Source: Candidatus Helarchaeota ASGARD archaeon Hel_GB_B (GTDB taxonomy: Archaea > Asgardarchaeota > Lokiarchaeia > Helarchaeales > HEL-GB-B). From it: a stretch of 28,908 bases of DNA. Every line of letters starts with the position of its first letter. The first letter of the stretch is position 1. Where the stretch lies: NCBI GenBank assembly GCA_005191425.1, contig SUPR01000040.1, forward strand, positions 1 to 28,908, given 5' to 3'. The position numbers and the translations under genes were made by a program. Positions 7,919-16,765 of the stretch are shown piece after piece. The notes below the pieces were generated by a model. That model was not told the origin of the DNA, ran no database searches, and saw only the letters and a list, made by a program, of their open reading frames with translations.

Positions 7919-9934
7919 ATGATTTATAAGAATTATAGAGATTTAGTTTTCCGGGTGGATGAAGAAATAAAAAAGAGAAAGGACAAAAAAATTAGAAAAA
8001 AAGCTTTAGAAATAATTCGATGCCGTCAAAATGAATTAAAAAAAGAAATGGATATAGAGAAATTAAAAGAGGAATATATTCGAATAAAAAGTTATAGTTT
8101 AAAAAATATGAACAAGTTAAAGGAACAAGCCAAGAAAAGATTAAAAGAAAATGGATGTAAAGTTTACGAAGTTAGAAATTCAAATAAAGTAATATCAATT
8201 ATTAATGAAATATTGAAGGACACAATTTTAGTTAAAAGTAAGACAAATGTGTCTAAAGAGATAAATCTTGTAAAGAAACTTGAAAAACAAGAGATAAATA
8301 TAATAGAAACAGATCTAGGTGATAGACTGATACAATTAGCTAATAAGCCGGCTGCACATCCAATATTACCAAGTTTATCAATTTCAAAAGAAGAGGCATA
8401 TCGATTATTAACAAAAAAAGAGACACCTTTAGATACGGAAATATCTATTGAAAAAACAATTAAAATTGCGCGCGAAGGTCTAAAAGAGCAAATTTTAAAA
8501 GCAAAAGTCGCGTTGACAGGAGCTAATGTTATAACCACAGAAGAGGGGTTTATCGGATTGGTAGAAAATGAGGGAAACCAAAGGTTGATTACAAGTCTAT
8601 CTGAAAAACACATTATATTAACTACTATTGATAAAATAGTCCCAACAGCTCAAGATGCAATAATTATAATGAAAGCTTCATCATATTTTGGATTAGGAGT
8701 TAGAAATGCAGGATATTTTTCATTTATAGCCGGCCCAAGTAGAACTGGGGATATTGAGTCAACAATTTGCTATGGAATGCATGGACCTACTGAGGTACAT
8801 GTTATTTTTGTTGATAATAATCGTAATAAAATATTGAATACAGAATTTAATGAAATTTTAAAATGTTGTTCGTGTGGTGGATGCGTAAATTATTGTCCTA
8901 TATTTGAAGAAATTGGCAGTAATTCATTTGGAAACTTTTTTGCAGGTGGAAGAGGAATTTTATTAGAATTTATGACAAATGGAATTGAAGAGGCTTTTAA
9001 TTGTGGACTAAATTTATGTCTTACATGTAAAGCTTGCACATTATCTTGTCCAGCAGAGATGGAGATTTCTAATTTAATAATTAAAGCACGAGAATTTGCT
9101 GTCAAAAAGAATTTGATAATCCCGAAGCACAATGAAATTCTAAACTCAATTCGCAATTACAATAATCCGTTTAATGAGCCAAGATCAGATCGAATAAATT
9201 GGCTTAAAGGAAATAAAGGTAATCTTAAATTAAATAAGAATAAGGCAAAAACACTCTTATTTATTGGATGTATGAGCTCATATAGAGTACAAAACCAAGC
9301 AATATCTACTTGGAAACTTTTGAAGGAATTAAATATTGCGTTTGAGTATTTAGGAGAAAATGAGCCTTGCTGCGGTGGAATACTTTATAGGTTAGGTTTT
9401 AAAGAAGAGTTTAATAAAATAATGCATAATAATATTAAAATACTTGAGAAATATGACCAAATTATATTATTATGTCCTGGATGTTATTCTACATTTAAAA
9501 ATTTTTATAAAAATAAATTGGAACATGTTAATATCAAGCATATTATAGAAATTTTAAGGGACTATCCATTATTAAATAAGTTCCGAACTAATAAAGTTGT
9601 ATCATATCATGATCCATGTCATTTATCAAGAGAATTATCAATAATAGACCCGCCAAGAATTGTATTAAATCAAATTGCCAATTTTAAAGAATTAAGTGCA
9701 GACCCAAAAATGTCCAAATGTTGCGGAGCTGGAGGGGGTGTATTATCGGCATTCCCCGAATTATCTAAAAGCATAGCATCAGATAGACTCAAGGATATTG
9801 CGAAAATTAAAAATTTAGAATATTTATTGACTACTTGTCCTTTTTGTGAATATAATCTTAATTTAGGTAATCAAATTGAAAAAATTCCAATAAAAATACA
9901 GTCAATTCAAGAATTCATTATTAAAAAGAAGTAA
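7919..9934 (+). CDS. LUD-domain (LutB/LldF-like) Fe-S protein fused to 4Fe-4S and CCG domains; putative lactate/2-hydroxy-acid oxidation subunit
   Basis: LUD motifs ETDLGDRLIQL, LVENEGN and FIAGPSRTGDIE...GMHGP; ferredoxin motifs CCSCGGCVNYCP and CLTCKACTLSCP; CCG motifs FIGC...CCGG, YHDPCHL, CCGAGGG and TCPFC. Confidence 0.9.
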   Translation: MIYKNYRDLVFRVDEEIKKRKDKKIRKKALEIIRCRQNELKKEMDIEKLKEEYIRIKSYSLKNMNKLKEQAKKRLKENGCKVYEVRNSNKVISIINEILKDTILVKSKTNVSKEINLVKKLEKQEINIIETDLGDRLIQLANKPAAHPILPSLSISKEEAYRLLTKKETPLDTEISIEKTIKIAREGLKEQILKAKVALTGANVITTEEGFIGLVENEGNQRLITSLSEKHIILTTIDKIVPTAQDAIIIMKASSYFGLGVRNAGYFSFIAGPSRTGDIESTICYGMHGPTEVHVIFVDNNRNKILNTEFNEILKCCSCGGCVNYCPIFEEIGSNSFGNFFAGGRGILLEFMTNGIEEAFNCGLNLCLTCKACTLSCPAEMEISNLIIKAREFAVKKNLIIPKHNEILNSIRNYNNPFNEPRSDRINWLKGNKGNLKLNKNKAKTLLFIGCMSSYRVQNQAISTWKLLKELNIAFEYLGENEPCCGGILYRLGFKEEFNKIMHNNIKILEKYDQIILLCPGCYSTFKNFYKNKLEHVNIKHIIEILRDYPLLNKFRTNKVVSYHDPCHLSRELSIIDPPRIVLNQIANFKELSADPKMSKCCGAGGGVLSAFPELSKSIASDRLKDIAKIKNLEYLLTTCPFCEYNLNLGNQIEKIPIKIQSIQEFIIKKK

Positions 9935-9957
9935 ATATTTTAAAATAAAGATATTAA

Positions 9958-11697
9958 TCAATCAGTAATAACTTTTTCCTCTTTCAAATAATTTAGTAAT
10001 ATTTGGGATATTTGATTTGTAGATATTTTTTTTGGTTTATCAACATTAACAGTTGCCCAAAGAATGAAATTATTGGTCATATCAACTCTTAATTTTATTC
10101 TAACTTCATTCCCTAACCATTTATCATCATCTTCGTCCCAAGTATATTCTTCAATAATATTGTCGTTTATTATTGATTCTCTTATAATAATATCTTTATT
10201 TTTTAAAAAGTCGTTGAAATTATTCGTAAATGATTTACCTATATTAATTTTTGCTCTTAAATTGTGTTCCGATTTCCATTCTAAATATTTAATTAATTTG
10301 TATAACCCTAGACCAATTGCGAAAAATAGACTTAAACAGATTCCTACCCAAATTAAGATATTATAGCCTGAATCTATCCATGTGGCTAAAGGTTCAAAAG
10401 CATAATCGCCTACAAGAAATGTTAATACATCAAAAGCAATTGCACCCGAAAGAACTATCTCCAGAATATTAATTGCAGTACCAGTTCGTTCAGAAGATCG
10501 TCCCATCTCGTCCATTGAAGCTATACTATCCCGTAGTGATTCATTCATTCTTGTCATTTGTTTTTCAGCTAATGAATTTATCAATCCATTTACTCCAGAT
10601 ATTTCTTCAGTTAAACCTGAAACCACTAATTGAGCATCAGAAATTCTGATTGCCGCTTTATTTACCAAATCATTTAAAGCTAGCTCATTAATTAATTCTT
10701 TAATATCTGGGTCTTTTTTATCTAATAACTCCCATTCTTTGTTCATATTTTCTACTGAACGCTTCATAAAATATAGTAACTCATTCATTAAAACGACAGC
10801 AGCGGAAACTTTTGATAATATTGATTTAGCTCTATTAATTGCATTTGGATCTATGTCCCCTTGCTCTATATAAGTTCGACCGTCTTTAATTTCATCCCAT
10901 AACATAAACATTTTATTAAAATAATTTTTCTGAAATATATCAAGTCCTAAATAAAAAGCAATTATTGAAATTAGTTCATAATATTTTTCGGGTGTTTTTG
11001 AAATAATTAATAACCCTTCAAGTCCATAGAAAAATTTATCATCACTATTCCTCATATCATGAAAATTTGTGGTACTTGAGAGTACTTGATTTAATTCATT
11101 TTCCAAATCTTCACCATCATTAAATGATTTGGCATCTTTATTAGGTTCAATTTCTTTTGCTAAAATAATTGTAAATTTGTTTCTATATTCAGGAGTCCCA
11201 AAATAAACTAAATCTAATAATCGACGTTGATAAGTGCTTAATAAGTTATTAATCATTATAGATGAATCTAAAATTAAATCAGATATAACCCTAGTTAATT
11301 TATCTATAGAAAATTTGTCAGAATTATTATCAATTTCAATTAATTTAGCGCCATATATTACCCGTCCATAAGCATCAACATATGTACTAATTTCTTCTTC
11401 TTGATTTTCAACTGATTCATAAACAATTGATGCACTAAATTGAACATAATCATTTGGGTCATAGTCAATAATTTTAACTTTAGTCAATTTCTCTGCAATA
11501 CTAAATGTAGCTTTTTCAGGTTCTTTATCAATAAAACTGGTCATCAACCCTTCCTTTACATTCCGTTGACAATCTAATTGTTCATTGAATGCGATAATAT
11601 GGTTCGAACCAAATGGAATATATTCCGCAATATAGATCTGTAAATCTTTTAAAAAAATAAAGGAGGTCAATTCATCCTTAATCGTTACCTTCTTCAT
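9958..11697 (-). CDS. Uncharacterised membrane protein with CorA/ZntB-like architecture (large soluble N-domain, long helices, two TM helices, C-terminal soluble domain); no GMN motif
   Basis: 579-aa ORF with AGGTG RBS at 11705-11709. TM-like segments AINILEIVLSGAIAFDVLTFLVG and ILIWVGICLSLFFAIGLGLY follow a long helical stretch. The fold assignment is inference. Confidence 0.8.
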   Translation of the reverse strand: MKKVTIKDELTSFIFLKDLQIYIAEYIPFGSNHIIAFNEQLDCQRNVKEGLMTSFIDKEPEKATFSIAEKLTKVKIIDYDPNDYVQFSASIVYESVENQEEEISTYVDAYGRVIYGAKLIEIDNNSDKFSIDKLTRVISDLILDSSIMINNLLSTYQRRLLDLVYFGTPEYRNKFTIILAKEIEPNKDAKSFNDGEDLENELNQVLSSTTNFHDMRNSDDKFFYGLEGLLIISKTPEKYYELISIIAFYLGLDIFQKNYFNKMFMLWDEIKDGRTYIEQGDIDPNAINRAKSILSKVSAAVVLMNELLYFMKRSVENMNKEWELLDKKDPDIKELINELALNDLVNKAAIRISDAQLVVSGLTEEISGVNGLINSLAEKQMTRMNESLRDSIASMDEMGRSSERTGTAINILEIVLSGAIAFDVLTFLVGDYAFEPLATWIDSGYNILIWVGICLSLFFAIGLGLYKLIKYLEWKSEHNLRAKINIGKSFTNNFNDFLKNKDIIIRESIINDNIIEEYTWDEDDDKWLGNEVRIKLRVDMTNNFILWATVNVDKPKKISTNQISQILLNYLKEEKVITD

Positions 11698-11717
11698 TTA
11701 AATACACCTAAAAATAT

Positions 11718-12263
11718 TTATCCAGTTAACTGGGTCTTAATTATTAATGGAACACATTTATAAGCCACATCCTCAATATCAGTTATTTGAGAATTGATAT
11801 TGACATTACAAGTGCTACATGTAAAATAAATTCCCGATAATAATACTTTTATTTCATAAGTTCTCCCACATTTACATTTTAATTTGCTATCAACAGCTAT
11901 TTTATCATCAGATTTTATTTCTTTTAAATATTTAATTCCATTATTAGTTAAAGAATAAGCATAAATAAATGTATGACTTCTTGTTGCGATTCTAATTTTA
12001 TTTAAAAGACCTAGATCTCGAAGGTCATTTAAATCATCTTCACCTTCCTGACTTACATTTAAAAATCGTCTATTATCCATATACATAATAGATAATGGTG
12101 CATAATCATAATCAAATATTTTATTTATTATTCCATAATAAATTAAAGCCTTCAATGGTAAATCTTTAATCGATAAAACACCATATTGATCACCTATTTT
12201 GGTATATTCGGCAATTAAATAAAGTAATCGCTTCATTTGAGTCGTCATATTTTGATTGCTCAT
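11718..12263 (-). CDS. Uncharacterised winged-helix-like protein with C-terminal CxC...CxxC motif
   Basis: DDLNDLRDLGLLNKI...YSLTNNGIKYL resembles a wHTH recognition helix plus wing. The C-terminal part contains CKC and CSTC. It lies 20 bp upstream of the 579-aa gene on the same strand. Confidence 0.8.
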   Translation of the reverse strand: MSNQNMTTQMKRLLYLIAEYTKIGDQYGVLSIKDLPLKALIYYGIINKIFDYDYAPLSIMYMDNRRFLNVSQEGEDDLNDLRDLGLLNKIRIATRSHTFIYAYSLTNNGIKYLKEIKSDDKIAVDSKLKCKCGRTYEIKVLLSGIYFTCSTCNVNINSQITDIEDVAYKCVPLIIKTQLTG

Positions 12264-12790
12264 TCCTAAATCTCACTCTCGCAAAACTCTTTTATTATGA
12301 AAATAATTTATTTATATCAATCCTTTAAATAGATTATATAAGATTATAATATGATTGGGGATATATTTTACTGAATTAAATTAATTCAAAATAGAATTTG
12401 TTTAAGTTAATTAAATAAATAATCGATTAAAAATAAAAAATTAATTATAATCATAACCAAGTAAATTTTCTAATTGATTGAGTTAAATCGAATAAAATCA
12501 TCCATAAAAGAAAAAAATCGGTATTTATAGAATTGTGGAGGTCGTTATTAATTTCTTTTGCTAATGATCAAAAAGAATAATTTCATATTTTATGAATAAA
12601 TATTATAATACTAATCCTTGTATTTTTATCTCTCTGCTTTTAGACTATAAATGCAGCTTAAAAGCTATTTCGATTTCATGGTTTATTATTTATTTTTCGA
12701 TTTTTCTTATTTTCTTAATTATTACATTTTATGGAAATTAATTGTGTCAAATTAATTAAATAAAAAAATTTACAAATTTTGTTTTAGATT

Positions 12791-13153
12791 TTATATTTCA
12801 TTTTTTTCTTTATCAGGGTCATCAATTGATTCGATAACAATTCTTAAACCCAAAAAGAGGGCACGAACTATTTTTTCTCTGCCGCTCTTTAGTAATCGCC
12901 AAATTGTACCCCTAGAAATTGCCATTTTTTCGCCAGCTTCAATTTGTGTCAAATTTTGACAATCAACTAGACGTAAAGCTTCAAGTTCATCAGGATATAA
13001 CACAATTTGTCCATTTTCTATTAAATTATACTCATTGTCATAAGGTGCAAAATAAGAGGGAACAGGTTTTTTATTAATAATTCTATAAAAATGAGGCCTA
13101 CCAGGGCCCGTCTTCCTTTTTCCACGCCATCTTCGGCCATGAAATCCACACAT
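12791..13153 (-). CDS. DUF134 (UPF0251) family predicted DNA-binding protein
   Basis: GRP...P...F.P...LYPDELEALRLVDCQNLTQIEAGEKMAISRGTIWRLLKSGREKIVRAL is the DUF134 signature. Confidence 0.9.
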   Translation of the reverse strand: MCGFHGRRWRGKRKTGPGRPHFYRIINKKPVPSYFAPYDNEYNLIENGQIVLYPDELEALRLVDCQNLTQIEAGEKMAISRGTIWRLLKSGREKIVRALFLGLRIVIESIDDPDKEKNEI

Positions 13154-13198
13154 TTTAATTACACATTTTTTTTATTTTAATCTATATAAAAATAAAAT

Positions 13199-14104
13199 TT
13201 AATTCATAATAAATTTTTGGATTTTATTAAAGATATCGCGATACGCTTTAACGGCAATAGAATCAGGGGCGTATTCTATAACAGATAGACCTTCAGCTAC
13301 AGCATAAGCAATTGAATTATCAAGTGGTATATTTCCTAGATGAAAAAGATTATTTTGTTCAAGAAATTCAATAATTTTATTTGTGCTTTCGGGGAATAAG
13401 TCAGCTTTATTGATTATTACGCCAATATGTTTAGTAAAATTATATGCCAATTGTAAGACTCTTTTTAGATCGTGGACTGCAGCAGGGTTTGGTTCGGTTA
13501 ATAAAATTATATAATCAGAATCAGTTAGAGATGCAATTACAGGACACCCTACACCAGGTGGGCCATCACTTAATAGGATATCAGGCAAAGTAGACTCTTG
13601 TTTGGCTATATTATTAGCCCACATTTTTGCTTCAGCTACTATTTTTCCGCTATTACCTTCCCCAATTTTTATTTTACCAGTTATTACAGTAAAACCATAT
13701 TTGGAGTGTTGCTTTAATAAATCACCGGTTTTAATGGGTCTGAGTTCTATACAGTTTTCAGGGCAAACGATTTCACAAACTCCGCACCCTTCGCAGAATA
13801 GATCTGAAAAAATTGGATGTTTATTATCTGCATCCCATTTGATTGCGTTAGACGGGCATTTTTCATAACATGTTTTACAACCAATACAACAATCATTGTT
13901 TGATAGAAATGCTTTTTCAGCTGAAAAAATGTCTTTTGTTTCTAGTTCTTCGCATTTTAGTACAATAGCTAAATTAGGAGCATCAACATCACAATCGACT
14001 AATATTATATCTTTACCTGCCTCTTTGAATAAAAGGGCCAGTGTAGCAGTTGTGGTAGTTTTCCCAACTCCACCTTTTCCACTTGCAATTGTAATTTTTT
14101 TCAT
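13199..14104 (-). CDS. MinD-superfamily P-loop ATPase with inserted 2x[4Fe-4S] ferredoxin domain
   Basis: SGKGGVGKTT, DCDVDAPNL, CIGCKTCYEKCP, CEGCGVCEIVCP, DGPPGVGCPV and TEP. Overlaps the upstream paralog by 4 bp (ATGA). Confidence 0.93.
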   Translation of the reverse strand: MKKITIASGKGGVGKTTTTATLALLFKEAGKDIILVDCDVDAPNLAIVLKCEELETKDIFSAEKAFLSNNDCCIGCKTCYEKCPSNAIKWDADNKHPIFSDLFCEGCGVCEIVCPENCIELRPIKTGDLLKQHSKYGFTVITGKIKIGEGNSGKIVAEAKMWANNIAKQESTLPDILLSDGPPGVGCPVIASLTDSDYIILLTEPNPAAVHDLKRVLQLAYNFTKHIGVIINKADLFPESTNKIIEFLEQNNLFHLGNIPLDNSIAYAVAEGLSVIEYAPDSIAVKAYRDIFNKIQKFIMN

Positions 14105-15036
14105 TCTTTTTTTAACTCCCCTTTTAATTTATTGAAAATTTGAATATAAGATTTTGACCCTACTGAATCTGGAAATTCTTCTATTACAGGTACTCCTTTT
14201 GCATATGCAACTTGAATGCTTTTATCTAATGGTATTTGCCCGATTATTGGGACTGAATATTCTTCACTTAATTTTTCAATTAAATCATGTCTATTAGTCA
14301 TATCTGAGCGGTTTAGAATAATATACGATTTAATAGGATAATCAATTACTTTTACAAGTTCTAAAATTCTTTTTAAATCAAACATGCCATAAAGCGTTGG
14401 CTCTGTGACATATAAAACAATTTTTGATCCAAAAAGAGAATAAAATACATCGCAATGTGCTCCAGGTGCTGTATCAATTATGATGCTATCGTAATTATTT
14501 TCTTTAATTTTTTTAAGAGCATATATTTTTTCTTGTTTAACTATTTCAGATGAATTTGGTTCTCCAACTTTTAATCTACCAACTATAATATCTATTCCAT
14601 AATTAGACCCTTCAAGTAATGCTCCAATTTCCTTAAAACCTGAATCGATGGCACCTACAGGGCAAATAATTTGACATGCTGCACAGCCCTCGCAGATTTC
14701 AGGAAATAATAGAGGCTTTTTGTCAGGGATATGTAAAATTGCATGGGGTTTACAAACATCATGACATTTTTTACATGAAATACATTTATCGTTAAATTCT
14801 GGAACAAAGATATTAATTTTCTTAATTTCTTTTAATTCAATGTTCATTAGAATTGAAACATTTGGATTATCAACATCACAATCTATAATTAAAACTTTTT
14901 TTCCTAATTTACTTAACATGTATGCTATATTTACAGCAACAGTTGTTTTTCCAGTGCCACCTTTTCCGCCAGTACACCCAATTATGTCTTTATCTAATTC
15001 AAAAAATTCAAACCAATCTACTCTTTCATCTACCAT
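14101..15036 (-). CDS. MinD-superfamily P-loop ATPase with inserted 2x[4Fe-4S] ferredoxin domain (second paralog)
   Basis: GGKGGTGKTT, DCDVDNPNV, CISCKKCHDVC, CEGCAACQIICP, DTAPGAHC and VTEPT. Confidence 0.93.
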   Translation of the reverse strand: MVDERVDWFEFFELDKDIIGCTGGKGGTGKTTVAVNIAYMLSKLGKKVLIIDCDVDNPNVSILMNIELKEIKKINIFVPEFNDKCISCKKCHDVCKPHAILHIPDKKPLLFPEICEGCAACQIICPVGAIDSGFKEIGALLEGSNYGIDIIVGRLKVGEPNSSEIVKQEKIYALKKIKENNYDSIIIDTAPGAHCDVFYSLFGSKIVLYVTEPTLYGMFDLKRILELVKVIDYPIKSYIILNRSDMTNRHDLIEKLSEEYSVPIIGQIPLDKSIQVAYAKGVPVIEEFPDSVGSKSYIQIFNKLKGELKKE

Positions 15037-15153
15037 AAGTAATACCCATAAAATATATTAAAAAAATATGAATTAAGTTCTTGTACAAATTTTTAGAATT
15101 ATTTATTAAAATTATTTAAATTTTATTATTGATATTTTTTAGAACTACTTTAA

Positions 15154-15645
15154 TTACCATCTTCTACCGCCGCCCATTCCTCTGCCGCCACCCATTCCTC
15201 TGCCGCCACCCATTCCTCTGCCACCGCCCATTCCTCTGCCACCGCCCATTCCTCCGCCCATCCCGTAATGAGAGCTAACCGTAGAAGAACTAACTTGATT
15301 TAATGTACCTGAAAGATATTTTTTAACAGCTTCTTCAACTGTTATTCCCGATAGTCCAGAATAAATCTCAATATTTAGACTATTTAATGCATAAAATGCA
15401 TTAGGACCAACATTACCTGTAAGTATTACATTTGCACCATAATCACCGACTATTTGAGCGGCTTGAATTCCAGCGCCTCCAGAAGCCATTTTGGATGCAT
15501 TATCAACGACTTTTATGTCTGCAATTTTACCATTGACAACTTTAACAAAAGTAAAAAATGCACAACGTCCAAATCTTGGATCAATCATAGCGTTCAATCC
15601 ATTATTATTTTGTGAACTAACCGCTATTATAACATTTTTGGCCAT
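15154..15645 (-). CDS. NifB/NifX (dinitrogenase FeMo-cofactor-binding-like) family protein with Gly/Arg/Met-rich tail
   Basis: IAVSS...IDPRFGRCAFF...GGAGIQAAQ...VILTGNVGPNAFYAL is the family signature. AAGGTG RBS at 15653-15658. Confidence 0.92.
   Translation of the reverse strand: MAKNVIIAVSSQNNNGLNAMIDPRFGRCAFFTFVKVVNGKIADIKVVDNASKMASGGAGIQAAQIVGDYGANVILTGNVGPNAFYALNSLNIEIYSGLSGITVEEAVKKYLSGTLNQVSSSTVSSHYGMGGGMGGGRGMGGGRGMGGGRGMGGGRGMGGGRRW
15166..15255 (-). repeat. Five tandem 18-bp units encoding (R/G)GMGGG
   Basis: Units start at 15166, 15184, 15202, 15220 and 15238; plus-strand consensus gcc(g/a)cc(a/g)cccattcctct. GC-rich against the AT-rich background. Confidence 0.95.
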
Positions 15646-15647
15646 AT

Positions 15648-16097
15648 TTAACCACCTTTCTTTTTATAATTTTTAATTTTTTTCTTAATTTCTTTAATTT
15701 GATTTTTTAATTCTTCAATATCCTCTTTTTTGGATAAATGATCATCTCCACCAATATAAGCTCCGCATTCGCTACAATAATAAGAATTTGGATATAAACT
15801 AGCGCCACAATTATGACAGAACTTAACTTCGCTTTTTTCCTTTTTGTATAATGGTTCAGTAGTATTTTGTTTTGAATTTTTCTGTATTTTTTGAATCTCT
15901 GAAAAATTTACAATTTTATTATCGCTATTTCTTTTATAAAATGCATTAGGGCCATATCCACACCTGCATGGTCCGACATAAGAATATCCTCGAATAGTTC
16001 TTTTAGTATTGTAAGTAAAATTATTAAATCTACTATTAGTCAAATTATTATTACTGTTATTGTTGAAATATCTCCATCTACAATATCTATTTCTCAT
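15648..16097 (-). CDS. DUF5320-like protein with double zinc ribbon and C-terminal coiled coil
   Basis: YVGPCRCGYGPNAFY motif, CHNC...CSEC zinc ribbon, and coiled coil EELKNQIKEIKKKI. Stop is 2 bp from the nifX-like start. Confidence 0.75.
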   Translation of the reverse strand: MRNRYCRWRYFNNNSNNNLTNSRFNNFTYNTKRTIRGYSYVGPCRCGYGPNAFYKRNSDNKIVNFSEIQKIQKNSKQNTTEPLYKKEKSEVKFCHNCGASLYPNSYYCSECGAYIGGDDHLSKKEDIEELKNQIKEIKKKIKNYKKKGG

Positions 16098-16586
16098 TTT
16101 AGATCACACTATCATATATTTTTTACTGGTTAAATATATAGAACGATCATTTAAAAATTTTTGTGCTATAGCTAATTTATCTGTTTAAGATACACTAAAA
16201 AAATTTTTTCGGCTTTTGAACTATTTTTTTAAGTTGATTGAATTTATTGGTGGACGATATATATTATTTTTAGGATTATTTTAATTAATTTAAATTTTTA
16301 GATTATTTAACCATTCATATTACATTTTTTGATTAAATTTTTCCTTAATTTATAATTATTGAATTTTAAATTTTTAAATTATTAAAAAAATTGGGAAAAT
16401 AATGCCTAATTTTTGACTTAAATATAAAAATTTCTAATTTAAAAGTAATTAAAATAATAAAAAAATAAATCAATATGTTAGCAATTTTAAATAAAAAAGG
16501 AATTTTTTAGAGATTGGTATTTGTACATCAATGATTAGGACATTACCTACAAAAGAAAGAAAGAAATTCGCTATAAATGATAAATT

Positions 16587-16754
16587 TTATAGCCAGATCA
16601 ATGTATCAATTAATTCGTTTAGAATTTCAAAAGTTTCCTTTATATGTTGCTTTGGTACGATGTTTTCGACATTATTTACAAATAAATCTACAAATTCAGA
16701 TAATTTAAATCTAAATTTTGCTATTTCCAGGGTTTTTTTAATAATATAAGACAT
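16587..16754 (-). CDS. Small 55-aa helical protein, last gene of the lipid-type operon
   Basis: AGGTG at 16763-16767 sits 8 nt before ATG 16754 and overlaps the activase stop. Protein: MSYIIKKTLEIAKFRFKLSEFVDLFVNNVENIVPKQHIKETFEILNELIDTLIWL. The track start (16778) is probably too long. Confidence 0.6.
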   Translation of the reverse strand: MSYIIKKTLEIAKFRFKLSEFVDLFVNNVENIVPKQHIKETFEILNELIDTLIWL

Positions 16755-16765
16755 TTTCTTATCAC

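Noticed and set aside
12372-12388. Palindrome TGAATTAA-A-TTAATTCA upstream of the wHTH gene
   Set aside because: An 8-bp almost all-AT inverted repeat is expected by chance in this composition, and no second copy was seen.
13199-15036. MinD/ParA-like ATPases as a cell-division or partition system
   Set aside because: Both carry inserted 2x[4Fe-4S] domains and sit with DUF134 and NifX-like genes, which marks a different subfamily. No minC/minE, parB or centromere-like repeats were seen.
15166-15255. Tandem GC-rich repeats considered as a CRISPR array
   Set aside because: The units are contiguous with no unique spacers, lie in frame inside a CDS, and no cas genes are present.
15154-15645. NifX-like gene as evidence of nitrogen fixation
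   Set aside because: No nifH/D/K in the window. This family is widespread in non-diazotrophs.
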